From contig NW_026854290.1 of assembly GCF_026571515.1 (NCBI RefSeq), positions 124,001-188,000 on the forward strand: DNA of 64,000 bases, read 5' to 3'. The position numbers were made by a program, and so were the translations under genes. This DNA is from Ruditapes philippinarum. Lineage: Eukaryota. The notes beneath the pieces were generated by a model. The model was not told where the DNA came from. It did no database searches and worked only from the letters and a program-made list of their open reading frames with translations. Below are positions 12,401-24,400 of this stretch, one piece after another (the first letter of the stretch is position 1; each line of letters starts with the position of its first letter).

Positions 12401-15400
12401 CATACCAGCAGAGTCACATACCAGCAGAGTCACATACCAGCAGAGCCATGTACCAGCAGAGTCGAGTACCAGCTGAGTCATATACCAGCAGAGTCACATA
12501 CCAGCAGAGTCACATACCAGCAGAGTCATGTATCATCAGAGTCACATAGCAGCAGAGTCACATAGCAGCAGAGTCATATACCAGCAGTCACTTACCAGCA
12601 GAGTCACATGTCTACAGTCACATACAAGCATGATCATTTGCGAATAAAGTCAAGTATAAACGACTTAGACATAATTATTATCGTCAGTGAAATCGTAGCA
12701 ACAACAACACATTTTTATGCGGCACCCGGACTCAAAGCTCTACTAACAAAACTGGACAAGTGGGCCAGTTAATCGTTGCAACAGTATTCAATGTGCTTTG
12801 TGTATAAACTATACCGACTAAAACAGGCTTATCATCGTGTAGAGGTACCGACGGGGACTGGTTATATTTCGTCGGGTGTTGTAAACCTGTGATGACCGAA
12901 TGGTATGAAAATGTGTTATAATATGTAGGCTAAAGAAAAGGGACAAAAAACATGAACAGTGTATAAATGATGTCTGGTGATGACGGTACAGGCTTTGAAA
13001 GTTTCTTTATTTACGAAATACCGGTGGGAACATTTCAACTTCATGAATTCCCGGCTTTAACTTCACGAATTCAACTTTACAACTTCACGTTGTGAACTTC
13101 AAGCTTTCAACTTCATGAATTCACGATTTCATTTTCATGAATTCATAATTTATTTGGAAGTTCATGTTTTCAACTTTACAAATTTATAAGATTTCATCTC
13201 CACGAATTTGAAATCGTGAAATTCAAAACGTGTTTGCTATAACATAGTACAAAGACTTCGCATGAATTCACGATGAATTCGTGCGAAGACTTTGTACTAT
13301 GTTATAGCAAATGAATTCCTTTATAATTACTGAACAAAAAGATTTCAGGACGACATATATGCTAGTTGCAGCAGCAGCAACAGCAACATATAACAGCCTC
13401 CACATAAAATATTTCTAGTTGCTTTTTACTTTGTAGATCAAACAGTTCAATTTTCTTTTTGTGTAAGCTGAAAATGCCACTCTCTCCGCTTGTACAAGAA
13501 CATTATTTAAATCTGATAAATTTATGTGGTCCACTTTTTCTGACTGTCAGATTTTTTTTATAATCTTTCTTTTCTTCTTATTTACACTTCATTTTTTTCA
13601 ATCATGATATTAAAATTCCACTTAGATCCCAAACATGTATACTGCGTATTTTGGTAACTTACCGGAGTCGACCTTGGATTTGACCTTTGGGCCGTCTGAT
13701 GTGGGCTCATAATCTCCTAAAAAGTAAACAACTTGTGTATTTTTGCATTTCAATTAGATTTACAATACTATATTTTTTATCAAAATGTCATTGAATGCTG
13801 GTACACAAATAAAAGAATAAATCTTACATGGAATTAGAGATTAACTGTATTTGTTTAGAGATTATATAATATATTTGTTTCGAGATTACATCATAAGAAT
13901 TTAAACTGTAATAAACATTTTCTTGATATGTACGTCTGCTGTTGAGATAAGTGAAACAGATAGTTAAATATACTAATATACGTTTATGTGAGAAACTTTA
14001 GTTTTAGATCGTTTTAAAATGTAAGTTAAGTTATATAAATTATGATACACTTATATAAATATGATAAAAGTTATCTAAATGATGATTAAGTTATATAAAT
14101 GATAATTAGAGTTATTAAGTTATTTCAATGATGATAAAGTGATAATAATTAAGTTATTTAGATGATAATAAAGTTATATAAATAATAATAATAAAGGTAT
14201 ATTAATGATAATAAAGTTATATCAATGATGATAAAATTATGATTATGAAGTTATATAAACGATGATAAAGTTATAAATGATGATAAAGTTATGTAAAGGA
14301 TGATAAAGTTATATAATTGATAATAAAGTTATATCAACGATGTTAAATTATGATAATCAAGTTATCTAAATGATGATAAAGTTATCTAAATGATAATAAA
14401 GTTATATAAATGATAATAAAGTTATATAAACGATAATTAAGTTATCTAAATGATGATTAAGGTATATAATGATAATAAAGTTACATAAATGATAATAAAG
14501 TTATATAAATGATAATAAAGTTATATCAACGATGTTAAATTATGATAATCAAGTTATCTAAATGATGATAAAGTTATCTAAATGATAATAAAGTTATATA
14601 AATGATAATAAAGTTATATAAACGATAATTAAGTTATCTAAATGATGATTAAGGTATATAATGATAATAAAGAAGTTACATAAATGATAATAAAGCTATA
14701 TAAATGATAATAAAGTTATATCAACGATGTTAAATTATGATAATTAAGTTATATAAATGACAATTGTATTATATTAATCATAATCAAGTTATCTAAATGA
14801 TGATAAAGTTATTTAAATGATAATAAAGTTATCTAAATGATGATAAAGTTATATCAACGATGTTAAGTTATGATAATTAAGTTATATAAATGATTTTAAA
14901 GGTATATAAATGACAATTAAGTCATATAAATGACAATAGTATTATATAAATGATAATAAAGTTATCTAAATGATCATAAAGTTATATAAATGATAATAAA
15001 GTTATATAAACGATAATAAAGTTATATCAATGATGATAAAGTTATGATAATAAAGTTATATAAACGATGATAAAGTTATAGATGATAAATAAGTTATATA
15101 AATGATAATAAAGTTATATAAATGATATTAAGGTGATTCCGCTTTGTCAGCCATGTTTGTTTTCACTTAAGTCTGTCCAAAGTGAAAGTAGGCCAAAATT
15201 CATATAACAACAAAGCTCTTATTGTAAAATGATGAACCTTTTGAAAGTTCACTTCCAGGTTTATATTTTAAGGACAATTATAAACAAAAATAAAAATGAT
15301 AACAATAAAAATATTTACCTTGAATGTGCCACATTTCTGAAGACCAAAAACATTTTGTTGCAAAGTTTTATGCACATTTCATGAATGGCAAAATCCTTTT

Positions 15401-18400
15401 TAAAGTCTGTTTTAGTGCCTACAAAAGCTATTTTTTGTAGCAAATACAAAAATCTTTCAAAACTTAACTCCAAATGAATCCGTATCTCATGTCCTTATAA
15501 GCACATGGCCTCCATTATTTTTTGTAAAAAAGTAGTGCAAGAAAACAATCATCATTTATAGCCTTACGAAATACAATTAAAATGAAATCACAATCAAACT
15601 TTAAAATCTAACCTTTTTTATGTGTAACAGTGAAGTGTGTCTGTTTGTCATGTACACAAGTAATAGGTAAATGATGTTTATTTTCATGGTACTACTTTTT
15701 TACACATGTCATGGTGGCCATGTTTTTTCAAGGTCAGATAAACTACTTTCGTAAGATTTATGTTTTTAAAAGTTTTTTGTATTTTATGCAAAAAATAGCT
15801 TTTGAAGGCACAAAAACAGACTTTAAAAAGGATTTTGCCATTCATGAAATGTGCATAAAACTTTGAAACAGAATGTTTTTGGTCTTCAGAAATTTAGCCC
15901 ATTCAAGGTAAATTTTCTTATTGTTATCATTTTTATTTTTAATTAAAATAGTCTTTAAAACATAGAACTGGAAGTGTACTTGCAAATGGCTCATCATTTA
16001 ACAATGTGAGCTTTGTTGTTATATGAATTTTGGCCTACTTTCACTTTGGACAGACTTTGTGAAAACAAACATGGCTGACAAAGCGGAATCACCTTAAAGT
16101 TATATAAATGATAATAAAGTTATATCAATAATGATAAAGTTATAAGATTATATAAATGATTATAAAGGTATATTAATGATTATTAAGTTATTTTGATGAT
16201 GATAAAGTTATATAAATGATAACTAAGTTATGTTAATGAAAAGTTGGATACAGAAAACAGATATCTACAATGTACTTCATATTCCGTAGAAATTTTCAGC
16301 AATGAAAAGTTAAAAATAGTAGCTTACTGAGTACATCATTTTCCAGATCCGTTTGCCGTCTGACCTTGAACGTCACGCCAGGGTCAATTACTGGTAGGCC
16401 CATTACAAAAACGCTTGCTCGATGGTCACCAAGTTTTGTCCCCTAAAATAATTTTACAAAATTGTTTTATACAAATTTATATATGTCACCATGCAGACTA
16501 GGTCTATGTAAATATTAAAGACCTGCTGACCAGTATGGTAAATTTTTTGACATATTTATGTAAAACAGAAAGTAACGTTCCATCTTTGACTAATTTGAAG
16601 TAAGTCCGCGTGTTGTCTTCTTCCGGTTAAGCAGAAGAGAAGTAAAGAACGACAACTCCTATTTTACTTAACCGTCGGACAGAAGTCTAGCCATTTGGTT
16701 GAGAAATTCTTTTTACCTGAAATACCACTTTATACGCTCCCTCAGAATCTGTCAAGTCAATGACTTGAGCTCGAGTTTTCTTTCCTATAGGATTTAGAAC
16801 CTCCACACGAATATCGACTCCTGGTTCCGCTAGGGGGCGCCTCTCGTAGTCATGGAGCGTAATCATCATGGCAGTCTCCTCGCGTCCGAGACCAATGTCA
16901 TATGTCTGAATCTAATAGAAAGATAAGAAAATAAAACCTTTGTCATAGATAAAGATAAACAGTTATTGATTTCGTTTATGTTACATACATATTTCGCTGA
17001 ATTTAAAAGATACATTATTCTCAAAATCTCATATTTGAATATACTGATGTACAGTCTCTGTTTAAATGTAAAATAAACATCTTTTGAGTATACGTATACA
17101 AATATGTAAGTTTTAAACTTTATACAATATATTTAACCAAGTGTGATTAAAAAACTGGCAGATTTTTTTTAAAGAAACGACCAAATTATTTTGATCAGCA
17201 ATACGGAATGCAGCTTCCCGAAACATTGTTTATGAATTATGTCATTCAAATAAGACATATTCTGTAAGAATTTCGTATATTTCAATGGATTTCTGCAGTA
17301 AAAGTATTTCACCTAAAGATGAGCATAGTATATCTGTAATCTTTGATTACGAAAAATTCCAATCAAACTCAAGCCCCACCGGCTTTCTTTACCCCTTAAA
17401 TAAACACACGTCAGAATGAAAATGATATCCACACTATGTTTTCCAGTATAACCATAAAGCGTCTTACCTTTGTGTTCGGGATAAAGGCAGTTGTTGACCA
17501 TACCTCGCCCATCTTATTGGACAATTTTTGGAAAGCATCCACCATTTTATGCCCGTGAAACTTTATATCCGCCTTGTTATGTGGTCTGATATCTACTTCC
17601 ATCTCTTTCAACTCTCCAAGGCGACCAAACAGTGCATCTTTCATTTGTAAGAATTCCGTTGTGTCACTGTATATGTGAATATAGGACAGTATGATCATAT
17701 TACTAAAAGACAATACGACGTTAACTTAAAATAGTCTTTCTATGAGAGTCAACCACAAGACATTCTGTAAAATCATCCATCTTTATTCAGGTTTACATTT
17801 ATACTTCTTAAAGGGACTCGATTGAAATTTTTTTGACATGATAGTAATGGAATTATTTTTTCAAAATTCGTGTACCATTTGATAAAGGTCTTAAAAACTT
17901 GTGAGAAAATTTTGAGATCATTACCGCACCCGTTTTTTCCCCTCAAAATAATCATTTTTATGAGCAAAATATCAAAAAAATAAAGAAGCGTTTTCAGTCA
18001 AATCGGACACAGATACCATGCACATCGATTTTCAATTTAATTCTGAACACATTTCTTTATTATCCTTAGCAGATCAGATTTTTTCATTTTAAGTGTTTCT
18101 CATAATCTATGTTAAATTTCAAATCCTACGTTTTAAGTCTTTTTGACCTCGGTGGTGCTACATTTATACACTAGAAAATCCAAACCCCTTGCGCTTACAA
18201 AATATCATATTTAAAGCTTCATGGTTAAATAGCCTTCTAGCTTTTCTCTATCACTAAGTGGGGTTGTTTAAAATAAAAAAAAAATGAAACAAGAAAAAAC
18301 AAAAACATTTCAATTAAGTCAGACACTATTTTCCTTTATCTTGGCTATTTCAGAATGGGCCTATTGTAATACATGTATATTAAAACCAACAAGGCTACAA

Positions 18401-21400
18401 AATGTTCAAATCCTTTAAAAAGAACAACAACAATCTAACCTATATCCTAGGACATTGTTAGAGAACCTGGCAGCATGGTCTAAGCTATTCTTCTCACTGA
18501 TTAGTTTATCCAGCTGGCTCTCCATTCCTTTCTTTTTCGCCTTTGATGTCGCCGCCAGTTTTTCCTTCAGTTCATTTTTTCGTTTCTCCAGTTGTTTCTG
18601 ACAAGCCAGAAAAGATTGGTCTATTTCTTCGTCTGTAGCACTTTCCTGTTGGCGACAAATAATAGTTTATAAGATGCCAAATATATCGAACTGCAGCAAT
18701 GAAAAGAAAATCGCGACACAACCGTACCCATTGATTAGGATATTACAAATATACATATGTATGGAACGCCATAGCTGCCTCATGTTGTTACATTTCTTTT
18801 TATCGTGCCAAGAAAGCGTCTTATCATGTCAAATATAAGCGCTGTAATACCATTGTTATTTGTCGACTTGTCTAAACATTGCCTTATTATGCGTAACAGT
18901 AGTCTTATCTCTTTAAAATATGATGTTGACTTGTATTAAAATTATTTAATTATTTCAAACAGTAGTGTTATCATGTCAAAATGTCGTTTTGGCTTGTCTG
19001 AAATGTGTCATATTATGTCAACTAGTCGCGCTATTTGGTCAAATTGTGGAACTGTTTTTTTAAAAGACTGTCTGATCATTTGAAACAGTAGTGTTCTCTT
19101 GTCAAAATTTGGTGTTGACTTGTAAAAGCACAGCTTTATTTTATCAAACTGCCATGTTATTTTGTCAAAATACGGTGTTTAAATGCCTTAACAGTGTCTT
19201 ATTGTGTCAAACAACTGTGATAATTTGCCAACGTATACTACTGAATTGTCTTTTTATATCAAATATTCGAATTATCTTGCCGAAATATGGTGTTGACTGG
19301 GCTAAATCATGCTTTACTTAGTATTATGATAAACTCTATGCTATTTTGTCAAAAAGTGGTTTTGACTGGTTAAAACTCAGTCTTATAAAGTCAAAAAATT
19401 GCGGTGTTTTGTCGAAATGTGGTAATGACTTGTCTAAACTCTTTCTTATAATGTAAAACAGAAGTGTTATATTGTCGAAATTTGATGTTTTCTTGTAAAA
19501 CACAGAAACAGTCTTATTATGTCTAATAATTGTGTAAATTGGTTCAAATTTAGTTCTGTCTTGAGAAAGCGCTGTCTGATTTTGCTAAACTGTCCCGTAT
19601 TCTTTTTTGCTCTATCTTTTCACGCTCCGCGTGGGCTCTGGTCACGTGATACTAAATTTTGACAACATCGCATCTGGACAGGATAACCCGATTATCTGAC
19701 ATAATGAGACGGTATTTAGAAAAGTTAATGTAATAAATTGGCAAGTCAACTTCACTGTATTACATAATGATACTGTGTTTTAACAAGTAAACACCACATT
19801 TGAAAAGGAAAAATGATACTTCGCCATAAAAGGACGATGTTTAGTAAAATTAACACCTAACCTTGACAAAATAAAATGACACTTTGACAAAATGATAGTA
19901 ATTTTAGACCAGCCATCACCACGTTTCGACAAGATGATATGACTATTTGACATAATAAGACGAATATAGACAAGTTGAATCTGCATTTGGACATAACAGC
20001 ATGACAGTTTGACAAATTAAAATAGCGTTTTAACAGTTCATAACCATAATTTGTAAAGATACCACCATTATTTCACATAATAAGACGGTGTTTAGGCCGG
20101 TTAAAATAAAGTTTGGATAAAATAGCATGGCGATCTGAGAAAATAAGGCAGTGTTTAGACATGTCAATACCATTATTCGACAATGCAACAATACTGTTTG
20201 ACATAATAAAATAACGTTTACACAAACAAACAAAATTTATGGCAAGTCAACATTAGTATTTCACATAATAAGTATATTTTTAGACAGGATAACAACAGTT
20301 TTAGACAAGAAAGCATGATGTTTTGGCACAATAAGACAGAATTAAACCACCTCATACAAAGCAACATGACAGTTTGACAACACAGGGCAGCACTCAGCCA
20401 GCTCAATATAACGGTTGAACAAGATATCACTACCTGCCGACATAATAAGACATGAGTTTGACAAGTTGACACCAAATTCCGACAAGATAACATTTCACAT
20501 AATAAGACAATTTCTAGACAAATTACCACCACAGTTGGACAAGACTGCATGCTATTTTGACATAAAAGACATTCTTAAAGCAAGATAGCACCGAATTTGA
20601 ACACAATGACATGGCAGTCTGACAAAATGTGACGGTGTTTAGACATTGCAATGCCACATTTGGACAAGACAAAACGACAGTATAACATAATACAACAGTG
20701 TCATAACATACCAGGGTCACATTTGGATAAGATGACACCAACTTCCGACAAGATAACACTACTGTTTCACATGATAAGACAATTTCAAGACAATTCAACA
20801 CCACATTTAAACAAGTCTGTGTTCAGACATATTGAAATCTTAATTCGAAAAGATGGCGTGCATGTTAGACATATTAAGCTTCCAGTCAGCATGTTAACAC
20901 CGGATTTGCACATGATAACATGACGTTTTGAAATAATAAGACAGTGTTTAGACAAGTCAGCACTACGTTTGGACAAGATAAAATGAATATTTGACATAAT
21001 AAGACTTCGTTAAGACATGTTCTCATAAAATGTTGGCAAGCCAACACTTCTATTATACATAATAAGACGTTTTTAGGAAAAAATAAAATGAAATGTAACA
21101 ACATGAGGCAGCTATGGCGTTCCATACATATGTATCTAGATTACTGATTTGTGAGAGGGTGAGTAAGTGTTGTGTAACTTGGAGCTAAAGAATAAATGCC
21201 TCACATCTCTTCCACTTTTCACATATATTTCGAGACCTCTGTATTTGTTTATCTTTAACAATATTTTTTTCTGCTAGCGACTGACTATAATGTCACATGA
21301 TTTCTGTATATGCAATGAGAGACAAATAACCATTAGACTCAATGTCTTAGACAATTTATCAAGGAGAAAACGGTATCTTTGAATAACAATATCATTAATT

Positions 21401-24400
21401 TGTATCGCACGCATGATAAGTATTTAGACGTTGTTTTTGGGTCTTTGAGTCTTATGCTGTTCTTGGCTACTTATTTGAAAAGTATAAAACTGAAAAGTGC
21501 TGAAAACATCTTCGTTACATATATTTGAATTATGAAAATGGTGGGAAAAATAGTCTTACTTTAATGTAGAGATTTTGTATTTCATCTTCAATACTTTGGA
21601 TGGCTTCTTCCGCGAGGCCTCTTTTATGTTTTACATCTATCAGTAAGCCCTCTGCAATTTACATACAACTATGTTAGAATTGTCATATAGACGGCTAGAA
21701 TAGTATTGTTAAGTTGGTTTTTAAATCAGTTAATCTTGCCAAGAATCAAGTAAGTCAGTGAACACCTCGCCGATTATTATTCATAATTCGACCTTATCCG
21801 GAGACTGACGGAAATAGCCGATATCTTGCTTTTGTTCTAGATCAACTTTCCCGCCATTTGAACAATTAAAGAAATCTTCCACTGCCACAAAAAGAACCAT
21901 CGCTTGCTTCTTTATAAAGAAGCAAACTTGTGTTAACATGCATAACCTTTGAGAAAAGATCGGCGTTTTAATAAAAAAAAATGTCATTTGTGAGAAGCGC
22001 TTATTAATTTGCAATTTGCAACACAATTTAGGAAGAAACGCAAATTGTTTACCGACAACTCTCTTATTCTCGAGATAGACATCATTTATGTTCCGTATAT
22101 CATGACCATCGGCTTTGTTGTGTTCCGTGGCCGCACACAGGGAACATATAGGTGTGTCACATCCTTTAGAGTAACAGTAAAAGCTGAAATGTTGATCCTC
22201 GTGACCTGGCACGTGACACGTGCGCTTGTGATGAAATTCGTCCAAGTTTGATCTGTCCGATGAAAGAATAAATGGCAAATGTTACAAGGTCACCCTTGCA
22301 TAAAAGTGTAAGTGACATGAACTATATAAAACTTGCTTTATTCGAATATAAGTGATAAATAATAAACGATGGGTTGCTTTAAGTATTTGATTAAATATAC
22401 ACACGATTGTTTAAAAGCTCGTGAAAGTATGAGCCTTCACAGAGTAAAACTGTAATATAAAAAGAAATGCAACATAATTTGGGATTTCGCATAAATGTAT
22501 TTTGATTTCTTTCACATCTTTTTAACTGTCTAGCAGAGCTATCCATTTCACTTTATTTGTGAATAAAAAAGCCTGTCTTCGTTGAGAGGAGAATATCAGT
22601 ATACCTTCTAAGCGCGTCAATGTTGACAATGTTGTGGCTTTTCGTGACCTTTGTACGTTTATGAGCCTCGTTACAGACACCACACAAAAACTCGTCACAT
22701 TCTTTACACCTGTGAGTAGCCCGGTTCCGGGGGTCACAGCTGTCACACCCTATCTCTTGGGCACGATTTCTGACCTACAATGATTTAGACTGTCAAACGT
22801 AGAACTTGAATAAAACATGTATCAATCAGAGTCTAAAGAAGGTATTTGATCATCAAAATATAGTCCAAAGTAATCATTTCATCTGTTGATAAGCTCGTAC
22901 TACCACGATCAACTCACCCCCTCACCGCTGTATTTTATTCTTTTATGTGAGGAAGTTATACCTGCCTTAAGAAAGGTAAGTGGTTCTTCTACTTAAGTGC
23001 CTAATCGTGCCCAAATTAATGCATAAAAGGACAGCAGAGGCAGTCCTTCAGTAGCGCTGAAAAGTCGCCACGTGACCTTTATAGAAACTTTGTGACTTAA
23101 CTTCCAACCTAAACCAAATACTTTACAGAAATAAAAATGCCGTACAGATGTATTTTGCTATTACCTTGTAAAACTTGACAAGATGTTGTCGCGCATGATC
23201 AACCGGAAGTAATTCTATTTCGTTGTTTGGAACTTCGTGAACCTCGCTGCATACCGGACATTGGACCATCTCGGCTCGTACTCGAGTTTTAAGGCAGGCA
23301 TGACACGTGCCGTGGAGACAGTGTAAGATGTGAGGATTACGGTCCTTTGTGTCATAGTAATGTTTACATACTGGGCATTTCAAATTTTGTTCCTGTATAA
23401 GAGAAATCAGAAATAGTACCGGAAACTATATAACTCATATATAATAGTGAAAGATATAATTTTGTTCTAGACGACAACTAATGATGAAAAACAGCAAACA
23501 ACATACCTGATATAGTTACATAAACTACTTTTATATAAAGAATGCATATTTTTAAAAAATGAGGTAAATAACACCTCAGATTTAAGAATGCATATCATTA
23601 AAAATTGAAGTAAATTACACTTCAGAGTTTGGATTTCACTTGTACTTTAAAAGTTGATGATGACTTTCGAGATCAAGTAAAAATTTCTGAGTGGGTGAGT
23701 GGCTTCAATAAAAGGAAATGTATTTAATGTTTTTTATAATGGAAAGTTACAGGACGACAGTACTCCTGCAAAAGTTCTTTAATTTGGTACAAGTTTGTAC
23801 GAGGTCAAAGGTCAACTATTAACATGATGTCATACCTGTAGTGCGTCATCGGCGTCAAATAATTTCGCTCTTTGTTGCTCCATGACGGAAGAAAGCGTTG
23901 GTGTCGAGGGACGTGGACGTCTACTCTGGTAGAATTCGTGACGTAAGACGTTCGACCTGGTCAATCTTGCTCGTTGTCCACGATCTGTTAAACTTCTCTG
24001 AAACAGATCTTGAAAAATAGTGCAATAGATTCTATCAGGGGTTTATCAAGTATTGTTATAGATTGAAAATTTGAAAGACAATAATTGCACACATATTCTG
24101 AATGCCAAGTAACGACATTGTATCATTTTACATTACAGATATGCACAAATATCACATTGAGAAGTGTTCAAACTCTTTAGATAAATGATACAATGCCGTT
24201 ACTATTATGCATACATATAGGTTAAGCTTATATTAGACCATTAAGGCCCGAACCAACATGTCTTTTTTATCAAGAATACCAAATATTGACACTATCAGTG
24301 CTGGTTAGCTGGTAAAATATGAACCATTTCCAGTTAATCGTTGTACGTATACCAGAAATTGCACCAGTGCTTATCTGAAATTTTAAACAGTTTATATAAG

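Noticed and set aside
17806-18418. Possible Kolobok MITE (ttaaagggact ... tcctttaa)
   Set aside because: The terminal match is too short to support.
19091-21125. Multiple Cys/Leu/Val-rich ORFs
   Set aside because: They derive from foldback subrepeats and show no domain or splice structure.
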